This document shows, piece after piece, positions 33,665-44,600 of a stretch of DNA of 64,000 bases. The position numbers and the translations under genes are program-made. Numbering within the stretch: position 1 is the first letter of the stretch; every line of letters begins with the position of its first letter. The notes under the pieces are model-generated. The model did no database searches and was not told where the DNA came from. It worked only from the letters and a program-made list of their open reading frames with translations. Source of the DNA: Sedimentisphaerales bacterium (GTDB taxonomy: Bacteria > Planctomycetota > Phycisphaerae > Sedimentisphaerales > SM23-30); assembly GCA_963663965.2 (NCBI GenBank), contig CAXXFK010000033.1, positions 32,001 through 96,000 on the forward strand, in the 5' to 3' direction.

Positions 33665-35200
33665 TTAACCGTGAGCCGCCGGAACCGACGGCAGGCATTG
33701 ATCGTATTCACTCAATGGGCGGATAATGGGATGTTCTTCGATAAAATCAAATTGCGGCTGTTCAATCCCTGTTCCGCGTTTTAACAGGTCACGCAAAGTC
33801 CGCAGGCGAAACGCTCCATGTGTCAGGGCAATCCGGCAGGCCTGGTTAATCGCCGGGTGGTCATACTGCTTGCTCAGGGACAACAGGCCCATGAGCGCCC
33901 GAACGGCCGTGATCCCGCGGAACTCCAGCAGAGCCTCGGCCCAGGCCAGGGTTTCCGGCCCGATGTACCGGACTTTGGTCAGTAACCAGGTGGATCCTTT
34001 TTCCACCCCCGAGCGTTTGCGTGCGTCGATGTGGCGATCATTGGTCTGGAACTTCCCGGCCTCCACCTGGGCATGCGTCGCGATCGATTCCATGCGATGG
34101 TTGTAGATCCGTACCACCCGGCCGTCCCAGCGGGCCCAGACCGGATGCCCCAGATACTCCGGTGGCACGGAATAGTAGGCTTTGGCGACTTCCACATGGC
34201 CGTCGCGATGCACCCGGCGTTGAGACTCTTGGAATGAAGGGAAATGACCGGACGGTAAGGGCAGCAAAGCCGGCTTGTCGGCCTGGTCAAAGATCTGGCG
34301 TACCTGTTGACGCATCGTGCCGTGAATCCGGGTATCGGCCACCCGCACTTCCCAATCCTGTAAAAAACGGTTCTGTTCGGCCAGCGAACTAAAGATCCGG
34401 CCCTTCAAGGCGTTGTCCTGCACATATTTGATTCCGCTTTCCACCTTGCCTTTGTGACGGGGTGTGTAAGGCCTGGCCGGCAGAATGACCGTCCGGTAAT
34501 GGACACAAAACGATTGCAGTTTGGGATTCAGTTCCGGATCGTACCAGTCGGCCCGGGTGACCGCTGCCTTCAAATTGTCGATAACCAGGGTTTGAGGCAC
34601 ACCCCCAAAATGCCAGAAGGCGTTCTCCAGACAGCGTAGAAAACTCTCGGTGGTCTGGTGGAAGACCGACTCACTGTAGGCTTTACGCGAATGACTTAAA
34701 ACCATGCGGAAGACATAAGTTCTTTTGCGTTTGCCATTGAGCCAGACCGGCGCGCCGGTGCCAAAATCGACTTGCGCTTCCTGGCCCGGCGGGCATTCCA
34801 TCCGCCGATAGGGCAAAGGGCGGGTCTGGCCCAGGCGCCGCACAAACCGCTTGACACTGTCATAGCTGCCAGTGAATCCCTGCTCGCTTTGCAGATCCTG
34901 AAAGATCCGTTGTCCGGACAACCCCTGACCGAGTTTGTCGCAGATAATCTGACGATAGGGTTCGCACTGGCTCTGGCGGCCTGCCGACCCGGGGGGCGAA
35001 ATGGTCGATTTTGGCCCACCGCCGATCTCGGACCCGGGGGGCACAATGGCCGATTTTGACTGTTCACGCACCAATCGGACATAGCGACTGACCGTCTGGC
35101 GATGGATCCCCAGTCGGCGAGCCACCTCGCGCTGGGAAAACCCTTGTTCACAAAGAGTTATGATCTTATTCGTCTGTACCATGCTGATCTGATTGGCCAT
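33665..35200 (-). CDS. istA: IS21 transposase IstA
   Basis: N-terminal HTH; PGQEAQVDF, IDNLKAAV, PRHKGKVES and YSVP motifs. Confidence 0.95.
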   Translation of the reverse strand: MANQISMVQTNKIITLCEQGFSQREVARRLGIHRQTVSRYVRLVREQSKSAIVPPGSEIGGGPKSTISPPGSAGRQSQCEPYRQIICDKLGQGLSGQRIFQDLQSEQGFTGSYDSVKRFVRRLGQTRPLPYRRMECPPGQEAQVDFGTGAPVWLNGKRKRTYVFRMVLSHSRKAYSESVFHQTTESFLRCLENAFWHFGGVPQTLVIDNLKAAVTRADWYDPELNPKLQSFCVHYRTVILPARPYTPRHKGKVESGIKYVQDNALKGRIFSSLAEQNRFLQDWEVRVADTRIHGTMRQQVRQIFDQADKPALLPLPSGHFPSFQESQRRVHRDGHVEVAKAYYSVPPEYLGHPVWARWDGRVVRIYNHRMESIATHAQVEAGKFQTNDRHIDARKRSGVEKGSTWLLTKVRYIGPETLAWAEALLEFRGITAVRALMGLLSLSKQYDHPAINQACRIALTHGAFRLRTLRDLLKRGTGIEQPQFDFIEEHPIIRPLSEYDQCLPSVPAAHG

Positions 35201-35823
35201 GTCAAGCTCCCGTTTTTAGGTAACTTTAACAGACCAATTAGCCTTTCTTCAACATGGTCGATTTTAAACTGCCCCCTCGTGGTCGATTTTAACCGCCCCT
35301 TGACACGTTGCGGCTTGGAGGGGTTGCGTTTCGGATAGTCGCCAGAGAACCGGCATGATTCCGTAAGGTATCTGCTACGTCATTGAGAGATAAACTATGT
35401 GCTATCTGGATATGCAGCATTGATACTACATGGGACCATGGCGAAAACGACCGGGACTGCTTATCTACTCCATAGTCACGGGCAAGTCTAGGCACAAGAA
35501 AAGCTGGAATATGCTGGCATATCTGTTTGAGAATGGTATAGTTATGTTTACTTGGTGGCATAAGTTACTCCTGTTTTTGTGATAATTACAGTGTAACTTA
35601 TGTCATCCTATTTTGAAATAACTACTTGAAATTCAGTAGTCTATGGGATGGCTGTGTTAAAAGTACTTAAAATTCATTCAGTTCTGCAAGCGGTCTGTTT
35701 TTCCTGGGTTGCGTTATTAAAAAAACGTGAATATCATTAAAATATGCCCGGTTCTTATTCTTTACCAAAGAAAAATCATACTCGCTTACGTCTCTAAAGC
35801 AGTTGTATAAGTACCCATAAAAA

Positions 35824-35860
35824 TAATCAGGCCTGCACTATCAAAGTGCAAGCCTGATTA
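35824..35860 (-). terminator. Probable intrinsic terminator
   Basis: TAATCAGGCCTGCACT-loop-AGTGCAAGCCTGATTA flanked by A-runs. Confidence 0.6.
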
Positions 35861-35889
35861 AAAGTTTCGATATACTTTCAGAGTATAGA

Positions 35890-37278
35890 TTAATTGCCAC
35901 AGTTTGCCAGCGTATCGGAACAATCCAGCCAGTTCGCGGCGATAAGTGTGATTAAATCTTCCAGATCAACCATACAATCCTGGTTCTGGTCACCAGGATT
36001 ATAGGGAGTTTGGGTGGCCATATGAGAAGCATCACAGGAATTATCACCGACTATTACCTGAATCGTATCCGATCCTTCTTTGACAGTATCACTGACAGTC
36101 AGCATGAATTCATAGGTGCCTCGTTCCGTAAAGGTTACACTGGTAACTTTCTGATCGACCGAGTTAATAGCAGCAGCCGGCGCGCCATTATCAACCTGGG
36201 TCCAGGTATAACTTAAAGACTGGCCTTCAGGCAAGCCGTCATCTTCAACCAGCACTGGAGTTATTGTAATATTTTCAGTACCAGATATCCCACTGGCGCC
36301 CAACCAGTTAACCAGATTATTCCCCAGTTCTACAGTTGGTGCTTGATTATCGTCAGTATAGAAAGACCATATCTGCCCGGGAAGGGTCTGGCTAGTGGAA
36401 GAGTCCAGACAGTCCACAATCCAGTAATAGGTGGTTTTGTTAACCAATGGCACAAAATTAGGGAATTTAGCAGCAGTTAACTCAACTGTTTCCGCATCGG
36501 CAGGCAGAGTGACCTTGTTCATAAAGGGACGATTGGGGTCGGTACCCAGATATACCGTACAAGTAATATGACCGCCTGGCGTATTGGGTTCAGGATTGGT
36601 CCATGAAAGTTCAGATAAACTGGTTTCTACGGCATCCTTATCATCCGGAACTGGATAATTGGCGCCGGGATATCGCTCAGTAACGGTTAAGCGTGGCCGT
36701 TGTGCTTCAATAGAATGGTTATAAGTAGAAAAATTTAATAAATTTGGTGAGTTATGCAAGACAAATTGTACAATGCCATCCGTATCACTTTGTAACGCAG
36801 CTAAAACATCAATGTCATATGTGTCACCAGCAAATCCATCCTTGAAAGATATGGTTCCAAGCAAGGTCGTTTGAACAGGGTTTAGCACCCCAAGGTCGTC
36901 AGGATTATTACCAGGTGCGTTATTCCAGGTGATATCGCGTTCGCCCCAGTTGATGTTCTCACGATAATCATCATTAACATAAGATACTTCACAACTCTGA
37001 CTTCCTGTCTTACCTTCATGCAGCGCTACTGTTAAAATAGCGGAATCGAGTTTGGAAACATCAAGATCACCCAACTCAAATTTGATCCAGCTTTTATTAC
37101 CAGAGGATGTGTTCCGAACAGACAGTTTATTGCTGTCATACTTGTTCACATCTGCATTTGTTCCACCTTCAGTTCTACAACTTAGCGTGGACATGATTGT
37201 GGTCTGGGCCATAACCGTTCCAAGCATCAAATAAGATACCAGCCCAACTAGAAAAATGCTTTTGACCTTCATTTTCAT
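35890..37278 (-). CDS. Secreted protein with a DNRLRE/CBM96-like N-domain, a PKD-like domain and a dockerin-like end
   Basis: GGAGG RBS; KSWIKFEL...ITWNNAP...RPRLTV; GTYEFMLTVSD; GDQNQDCMVD. Confidence 0.7.
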   Translation of the reverse strand: MKMKVKSIFLVGLVSYLMLGTVMAQTTIMSTLSCRTEGGTNADVNKYDSNKLSVRNTSSGNKSWIKFELGDLDVSKLDSAILTVALHEGKTGSQSCEVSYVNDDYRENINWGERDITWNNAPGNNPDDLGVLNPVQTTLLGTISFKDGFAGDTYDIDVLAALQSDTDGIVQFVLHNSPNLLNFSTYNHSIEAQRPRLTVTERYPGANYPVPDDKDAVETSLSELSWTNPEPNTPGGHITCTVYLGTDPNRPFMNKVTLPADAETVELTAAKFPNFVPLVNKTTYYWIVDCLDSSTSQTLPGQIWSFYTDDNQAPTVELGNNLVNWLGASGISGTENITITPVLVEDDGLPEGQSLSYTWTQVDNGAPAAAINSVDQKVTSVTFTERGTYEFMLTVSDTVKEGSDTIQVIVGDNSCDASHMATQTPYNPGDQNQDCMVDLEDLITLIAANWLDCSDTLANCGN

Positions 37279-37882
37279 AACCTCCACAAAATGTGTATAG
37301 AGATACATTTCCGGGAAGTTCCACTATGAACTTCCACCATAACAGTTACGTTTTCCGATAAAAAATTGCTTCAAATGATACTTTTCATTATATCGAATCG
37401 AGTATAACGATGTCAAATTGTAATTTTACGGCATTTACCGAGACATGGGCCATCATAGTTTACTGGAACTAAAATCCTGAATAAAATGTAAAAGTAGAGT
37501 TAAAATTATTATTTTAAAGGAATTACAATATTTTATTTAAAAAAAGCACCGGTTTTAAGGATGTGAACATATAAAAAATAAACATGACATAGATGATTCT
37601 TTAATTAAAAATACTTCTAACTACAAGAATTTAATATGGATACAAATTTTTAGAGGATTCACGATAAAAGGTATGCGTTGAATTTGGTGTTAATATGTAT
37701 TTATAAAACCACTCTATCTGTTCTCAATAATTAGTAAATATACAACTAAAAATTCAAATGCGAATAAATTCTTCACTTAACCAGTAAAAGGTATGTAAAA
37801 GTAGGATTTTAGAGAGAGATATATTATTGGAATTTTGTCTTACTTTATAGTTATACAATAACAATATTCCAATGGATTCAAG

Positions 37883-38455
37883 ATGTCAGATCTACCCCAG
37901 ATAATAAATACGGATACCAATGATATCACTTTGGTCGTGCAGGCCAGAGCAGGCAATCGGCATGCCCTTGAAATATTGTTAGAAAGAAACTGGATTTGGT
38001 TACGAGTGCTGGCTGGCAGCCTGATTAATTTTGATGGAATCGATGATATTCTGCAAAATGTTTGTATTCGAGTTATGCTCAAAATTAATACACTTCGAGA
38101 ACCAGAGCGCTTCAGGCAGTGGCTGGCCGTGATTTTAAGGCGGGAAGTGATAAACTGGCGAAAAAAACATCAACGTGACCGAACGGTTCCTATAAATGAT
38201 GAATTAGACTTGCCTGATGATTCTTTTGTTTCAGGATTAGATAGTGACTTGAATCAGAGTGCGGTGTATCGGGCAATCAGATTATTGCCGGAATCACAGC
38301 GTGAAGTATTAATGCTAAAGTATATGTGTGAACATAGTTATTCACAAATTGCTGAAATCCTGGATATTTCGATTGCTTCTGTTCAAAATCGCTTATTCCG
38401 AGCCCGTCGTCAGATGGCTCTGCTTCTGGAAGAGAGAAACATTCAAAAGATATAA
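37883..38455 (+). CDS. ECF RNA polymerase sigma factor
   Basis: DDILQNV, FRQWL and LPESQREV...SYSQIAEIL...NRLFRAR regions 2 and 4. Confidence 0.9.
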   Translation: MSDLPQIINTDTNDITLVVQARAGNRHALEILLERNWIWLRVLAGSLINFDGIDDILQNVCIRVMLKINTLREPERFRQWLAVILRREVINWRKKHQRDRTVPINDELDLPDDSFVSGLDSDLNQSAVYRAIRLLPESQREVLMLKYMCEHSYSQIAEILDISIASVQNRLFRARRQMALLLEERNIQKI

Positions 38456-38466
38456 ATGAGGCTGCT

Positions 38467-39033
38467 ATGAATAACGAAGAACTTGATAATTGGATTAATT
38501 TATATCTGGACAATCAATTGAATCAGGCCCAGAGTGAACTATTTGAACAAACCATGGCGGATAATTCTGAAATTCGACAACAATATGAACAGGCCATGGA
38601 AACTGACAGAATATTGAAAAAGCATTTATATCAAACCAAAGATGATCATGATGAGCATTTCAGAGTAATCTTATCTCAAGCCTGTGATTGCCTGCCGGAT
38701 AAGGTACGCCCAGAATCTTCCTGTGGTATTATTCGATTCATCACCGGGCTTGCGGCAGGATTGTTGATAGGCGTCAGCGCCAGCTTTTTTTATGAACATT
38801 TTCGAAGTGGGATTCATAAAACAAATCTGTCAAATCAGATTGTTGATGTCAAGGCAAACTCCACTTTCCCGACCCAAAAAGATGTTGATCCTGTTCCCTA
38901 TACCCCGTCGGTATCTCCCGTTGTTCGGGATATCGATTGGTATCTGTATACGGATGATGAGGGGGGGCAATGGGTATTCGAAAGTATTCGGGAAAATCGT
39001 CTTAATTCAGATATACAAACAGTCATGTATTAA
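38467..39033 (+). CDS. Putative anti-sigma factor (single TM)
   Basis: INLYLDNQL N-terminus and one TM helix, directly after the ECF sigma gene. Confidence 0.7.
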   Translation: MNNEELDNWINLYLDNQLNQAQSELFEQTMADNSEIRQQYEQAMETDRILKKHLYQTKDDHDEHFRVILSQACDCLPDKVRPESSCGIIRFITGLAAGLLIGVSASFFYEHFRSGIHKTNLSNQIVDVKANSTFPTQKDVDPVPYTPSVSPVVRDIDWYLYTDDEGGQWVFESIRENRLNSDIQTVMY

Positions 39034-39093
39034 GTCATTAGCCGGCTGAAAATAGTCTATAAAATTTATTTATGTAATCAGGAGATTATAACA

Positions 39094-40059
39094 ATGAAAA
39101 CGAAACAAATATTATCGTCTTTACTGCTGTCGATGTTCAGTTTGTCTCTGTTTGCTCAATCCACATCCAAAGTATATCTAGGAGTTCAACTTAATCGCGA
39201 ACCATTGCCTCCTCTCCTGGTCAAACATCTCAAGCTGGAACCAGGTGAAGGATTGCTCATACAGAATATCGCCAAAGGCAGTCCGGCTGATCGTATCGGC
39301 CTTGAGAAAGATGATATTATCCTTAGATTAAATGGCTTACCTACCTTTTCTTCGGAATCATTTGTCAACTCAATTGGGGCGCATGAGCCGGGTCAGAAGA
39401 TAGCGCTGACAGTTATGCAATCCGGGATGATACGTCAATTTGAATGCCAGCTTGAACCAATACAGGATCAGGTCCAGTGGAAATATCCAACCGACATTGA
39501 AACATTGGAAATTCGGCGTCCCGGCCGTATCTTTCATATCAATCCCATGGATATTCAAATGGATAACATTGAACCGGGGAAAATGCCCGAAATAATGAAA
39601 GAATGGCGTAAAGAATTCAAATTTAATTTTCCTATTGATGATGCAACGGATATTTCAAATTCGATTATCTATATTTACCAGCATCAAGAAAATGGGCATG
39701 CCTTTACCGTGACTATTAAAGGTGATCCAGATGAGTCTGATAGCAGTGTGACCGTAAATGCAGGCGATCATGAATATAACGCCACCCCTGACAACCTGGA
39801 ATCAATTCCAGATGGCTATCAAAAAACAGTGAAGGAGGATATTGAAAAAGCGCGTCAGTCGAAGTCAAAGATTAAAATACCCAAGGTTCTGGAACACATT
39901 AAACTGCCTGATATTAAAGAATTGACGACTACGCCTGATAAACTCCAAAAAGAACTGGATACCCTCAAACAGCGGATGGATGAACTGGAGAAAAAACTGG
40001 ATCAACAGTTTGAAGAATTGAAAACAATGTTCTTGAAATCTGCTCAGACACGAATATGA
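39094..40059 (+). CDS. Secreted PDZ-domain protein with a coiled-coil tail and no protease domain
   Basis: YLGV...GLLIQNIAKGSPADRIGLEKDDIIL. Confidence 0.85.
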   Translation: MKTKQILSSLLLSMFSLSLFAQSTSKVYLGVQLNREPLPPLLVKHLKLEPGEGLLIQNIAKGSPADRIGLEKDDIILRLNGLPTFSSESFVNSIGAHEPGQKIALTVMQSGMIRQFECQLEPIQDQVQWKYPTDIETLEIRRPGRIFHINPMDIQMDNIEPGKMPEIMKEWRKEFKFNFPIDDATDISNSIIYIYQHQENGHAFTVTIKGDPDESDSSVTVNAGDHEYNATPDNLESIPDGYQKTVKEDIEKARQSKSKIKIPKVLEHIKLPDIKELTTTPDKLQKELDTLKQRMDELEKKLDQQFEELKTMFLKSAQTRI

Positions 40060-40161
40060 AGCAATAAAAATTTTTGATGTAACTGAATTGATTAACCCAT
40101 GAACGTTATAGATGGCATCCAGAAATCCGGAAGTAGTTTTTACCCTTCCGGATTTGTATTA

Positions 40162-40908
40162 TTAATTTGTTTTAACACACCAGCGAATTGCGTTCAATAA
40201 TACTTGCTGCAGGGCTGGATTCTCGTAAGCATAATGATCATGACCGCATTGTAATACGCAAACATGGGCCTTGCCATAGGTCTTAGCCCAGCATAGATTC
40301 CCATCACTGGAGGGGTGGTCTGTGGTAAGTAATGCCGTTTGGTTCGTGCGCATACGATCTAAATTGTAGGTTTCATCATGGAGTTTAAAATCTTTTATCC
40401 CCTTAGTGATCGGATGTTTGGAATTGGTGACATGAACCGTCAAGTCGACTCCGTGTTGATAATGTATCCCTTCTTTGAACTGCTGAACCGGTACGAGATC
40501 GGCCCCGATAATGTCATGATATGCTTCCCATTGGGGCCATGCCGCAATGGCATGGTGCATAACAATTAGACCAATGCCTCGATCTTTGAGCAAGGTGATG
40601 ACATTTTGCTGTTGTTCTGGTGATATTTTCTGGGTCATATTATATAGCAAAATAACATCCGCATCAAAGGGATTGATCGTATTGAAAACCTCCGCCTGGT
40701 TCTGAAGCGGCCAATGCTCGTAAGTCACCTCTTTTGGTTCAAAGCTATCCAGCATGGCAAAAAAAGAGACTTCTTCGAAAGAGTGTCCTCCGGTTACCAC
40801 CAATACTCGTACCGGCCGTTTTTGAACCTTCTGACAGGTTGTGCAACCTGCCAGGTAAATCTGAAACAACACCAAGGTAAGCACTATGCAGATCTGTTTC
40901 ATAATCAC
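40162..40908 (-). CDS. ThuA-like domain lipoprotein
   Basis: LAGC lipobox; RVLVVTGGH, HPIT, DETY and GHD motifs. Confidence 0.8.
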   Translation of the reverse strand: MIMKQICIVLTLVLFQIYLAGCTTCQKVQKRPVRVLVVTGGHSFEEVSFFAMLDSFEPKEVTYEHWPLQNQAEVFNTINPFDADVILLYNMTQKISPEQQQNVITLLKDRGIGLIVMHHAIAAWPQWEAYHDIIGADLVPVQQFKEGIHYQHGVDLTVHVTNSKHPITKGIKDFKLHDETYNLDRMRTNQTALLTTDHPSSDGNLCWAKTYGKAHVCVLQCGHDHYAYENPALQQVLLNAIRWCVKTN

Positions 40909-41654
40909 ACATGTTTAAAAGCGGCTAATGAAATAAAATTAAAGCATTGGAACCACAATTGGCAGGGATCAAATCCAGCCTGTTTCAAACGATGAATGTG
41001 TGTTGGAATGGTGTCAGGGATCATTACCTTCTCCAGAGCCTTGCGTTTCTGGCTGATCTCCAATCGGCTATAACCCATCAGATGTTTGAAGTGGTGATGC
41101 ATGTCAATTTGAAAGTCATTCTCATCTTCACTGGCGAAAGCGACTTTCTCCGACAGGATCAATACGCCACCGGGCCGTAGCCCATCGAAAATCTTTTGGA
41201 TCATAGCATTACGATGATCGGGTGGGAGAAACTGTAATACAAAATTCAATGCAACGACAGATGCATTTTGAATATCAATCTCGCGGATATCCGCCAGTAA
41301 TACCTCTACGGGAATCAGATTGATATCTGACTGAACGATTTCATGGCAGCGTTCAATCATCGCTGGTGAATTATCAACGGAGACAATTTTACATCCTGGC
41401 TGGGTGATGCCCTGCCGCATGGCCAGCGTGCCGGCTCCCAGTGAACACCCCAGGTCATACATGACGCTCTCCGGTTGGGCGTAATGTTCCGCAAAGACAC
41501 GTGTCATGGCAATGACCGTGGCATAACCCGGCACCGAGCGCCTGATCATATCGTCAAACACCGAGACTACTCGCTCATCGAATACAAAGTCAGCAATTCT
41601 TTCCCGGTATTCGCTATAGATACGGTCTGTTTGTTCGGTATCGTTAGAAGTCAT
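40905..41654 (-). CDS. cmoA: Carboxy-S-adenosyl-L-methionine synthase
   Basis: FVFDERVVSVFDDMIRRSVPGY, YDLGCSLG, LEISQKRKALE and WFQCFNF motifs. Confidence 0.92.
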   Translation of the reverse strand: MTSNDTEQTDRIYSEYRERIADFVFDERVVSVFDDMIRRSVPGYATVIAMTRVFAEHYAQPESVMYDLGCSLGAGTLAMRQGITQPGCKIVSVDNSPAMIERCHEIVQSDINLIPVEVLLADIREIDIQNASVVALNFVLQFLPPDHRNAMIQKIFDGLRPGGVLILSEKVAFASEDENDFQIDMHHHFKHLMGYSRLEISQKRKALEKVMIPDTIPTHIHRLKQAGFDPCQLWFQCFNFISLAAFKHV

Positions 41655-41665
41655 AGGATTTTCTA

Positions 41666-44600
41666 TCAATCACATTTGGTATTTTCTGGATCGCGACAAT
41701 CCAGCCAATTCATAAGAATATATGTAAGATCCTGTAGATCGATATGGCAGTTCCGGTCGATATCGCCGGCATAATCATAACCGTATGAGTATATCGATGT
41801 GCAATCCATATTTTCAACCGTAAAAGTGACTTCATCAAAGATATTCTGGCCATGCAGATAACCGGCGGTCCCATCGTCAATCGAAAGGCGCAGGGTATAG
41901 GTCCCGCTCTGGGAAAAACTTACGCGAACATCTTTAGCACTATTATCAGGCAAAAATGACACATTGGCGCGAACCGCCGGGTCGGAATCCTCCACGGTCC
42001 ACCGGCAAGCGACAGGATCGCCATTCAAATCGAATATTGTCGCTGTCAAGTCCGCAAACCGGTTCATTGATATTTCGATATTGGACTGATCCGCTGCAAC
42101 CGAGACCGTTGGCGGAACGTTTTGTCCCATCAGCGCCAGTCCGGCAATCTCTGAGTCCGACAGAGCGGTATCATAGATGCGTAAATCATCGATGGTACCT
42201 AAGAAATAATCGCCTGCCACGGTCACACTTCTGGATTTTGTTCCTATGTAGAGTGTATTTGTGGTTTGATTAATCAATCCGCTGGCGTATTGAATTGCCT
42301 GCTCAATCCCATCGACATAGAGTTTTATCATACTGCCATCGTAAATACCGGCAATATGATGCCATAATCCCGCACTGGGCAGATCAGTTGTCACTTCGCC
42401 CACCCCGGATAGATGGAATTTGAGTGCGCCCCATTCCGCCAACAGGCGGTATTGATTGTCAGAAGATCCTTTTTGCACAATACGTCGGTTCCCATTCCAG
42501 TTATCGGCATTGATCCAGGCGGCAATAGTAATTTGATCCTGAATGGTGTTCAGATTCGGGCTGACACTGGTGTCTGGTGAAACCCGTACATAAGAAAAAT
42601 CAGTGAATCTTAACGCATGATTGTCAGATCCCTCCGCAGGAATCCATCCGGTTGCCCATTGTGGAGGATCGTAACCTTCCCTGGCTCCCAGAGTACCATT
42701 ATCGGCCGGTAATGCGGAATCTTCGGCAATTTGCCCCTGGGACTCATTCAATTTCCAATGAGCAATAGGATCTTGTGAGATGCCGATTGGTTCTATCCGT
42801 TGCTCTGTATCCAAAGGTTGCTCCAGGGAAGCAGCAGTCAAACCGTAATCGATATGACAAGAATTATCCTGCGGATCGTTACATGCCAGCCAATCCAGCG
42901 CAATAGTTGAAAAGTCATATAAATTAATATAACAGTCAGGTCTTCCCTGGGGGCCGCTGATGTCACCTGTCAAAGCTTTGCCATTACACCGGCCATAAAC
43001 CTCAAATTCATATATCCGTGCGGCTGTATCGGTATTCTGGGTGGGAGCAGTTATATAAAGTCGGATATATCGTATTGGGGTCGAATCGATCACATGTTTG
43101 GAAACATTTTTATTATTACCAGATACTGTAATGATGTCCAGCCAATCGTTAATACCATCAGCACTGCTCTGGATACTGAAATCCTTGGTATTCCAACTGG
43201 AGGTTTCACCGCCCGCGCCGGCATGTCGCACAATGAAGGTATCCACCCAGAATATTTCTCCCAGATCAACGGTCAGCCAGTGTGGTTCGAGCTTGCCAGT
43301 TGCCGCGCACCATTTGGTACTGTCTTTTCCGTCAACGCTAAGACGGGGTTGTTCAGCGTCGTTGACATAGCTGTTGGCTGTAACGGGTTTATTCAAGGCC
43401 AGGTTATCACCTAGGTTTTCAGGCAGGGGAGCCAGTTCCGGGATATAAGGTAATTGGTCATACAAGGGAGCCGCCATCCGGGTATTGCCGTTTGGATGGG
43501 TGGCTACGGTCATGGCAAAAATCACGATTCTGTCGTTGTCCGGTAGCGTGAACGATGTGGCGCCGTCCGGCAAATCAATCTGGTATTTATACAGGCAGCA
43601 GAATTCATAGGATTCGTTGGACGATGGATTATGCCGGTGGGTTCCAATCCAGGCGACGGGATCATATTTGATATAGGGCACGTCCCCTTCTCGTCCCCAA
43701 TCCGCGACAGGTTCATTATAATCTTGTATTGATAATTCATAAGACACATCATTAACCGTGAAAGTTCCCTTTGTATCGCCATTCCGAGAGGTGGCCAGAA
43801 TATATAAGGTATCATAACCTTCGGGCAAATTGATGGTCTGGCTGTCGCATAATAACGCGTTCATTTGGCCTTCTTGAGAGGAGCCCATCACATAGGCGAT
43901 GTCATTGCAACTAATTGCGACAGGAAATAATTCACCTGGGAATGTGTTTCCTTGCTCAAAATCGCCATCTGTCCGGTTCGTGTCAAAACTGATTGCGTCC
44001 AGATTGTATGGCAAAATAACACTTTGTACAATTGGCAGGATGCCGGCGGCTGGAGCTGGAGATAAACTTAGTGCATAAGTTTTAGGTTGGTTTGCGGTTA
44101 TCGAAACGACCAGGGCTCCATTACTCAGGGTTGCCGGCCCGATATCCTGTTCTGAACCGTTCAATTCTCGAGCCGAGATAAATCCCGAGCCCACCCGAAT
44201 GGTAGCATTGTTGACTGGAAGGCCATATTGTTCTTGAAGACGCAGTACAATCTGGTCGCTGCGTTCGGCTTTTTTCAGTGCTTTTACGGCAATTTGTGGT
44301 GTACTGATTTGAACAAAAGCATAGTTACGCCCCATTGAACCATTGTGTTTTGCTGTTTGGAATGCCCTCAGCGGTTGATTGATTCGTGCGCCCTTGGCAG
44401 GAATATCGCCATCGGACCAGTCATTGGCATGGCCGGCCAGAGCATAGGTAAACTTATGTTGGCCCAGGTCCTGGGTAGCCTGGGTCCGTATAGTTCGATG
44501 AGACAGCAGGCGTATGCAGTAATGTCAGGCGTAGTGTGTTGTTGGTGGGTTTGTCCCATCCATATTTACAGTCGTTCAGGATCGTAACGCCATAATCCCC

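Larger units (their letters stand above)
32682..35305 (-). mobile_element. IS21-family element (2624 bp)
   Basis: TGTCA...TGACA ends with doubled AAAATCGACCA subterminal repeats; 5-bp TSD CGTTG at 32677-32681 and 35306-35310. Confidence 0.95.
31706..35561 (-). pseudogene. IS4-family DDE transposase split by IS21 (N-part 35306-35561, C-part 31706-32681)
   Basis: AIDSTTI, VFDKAY and YKCRWGVEVFFK motifs; the halves rejoin in frame as ...TPPSRN/GLSNANKERNPAMAE... Confidence 0.9.
31526..35656 (-). mobile_element. IS4-family insertion sequence (about 1.5 kb) interrupted by IS21
   Basis: TIR CACAG(T/C)CATCCCATA at both ends; 9-bp TSD TTAAAAGTA at 31517-31525 and 35657-35665. Confidence 0.9.

Noticed and set aside
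40905..41669. Functional link between cmoA and the flanking GH38 and ThuA genes
   Set aside because: Only tight spacing supports it; no pathway rationale is visible and cmoB is absent from the window.
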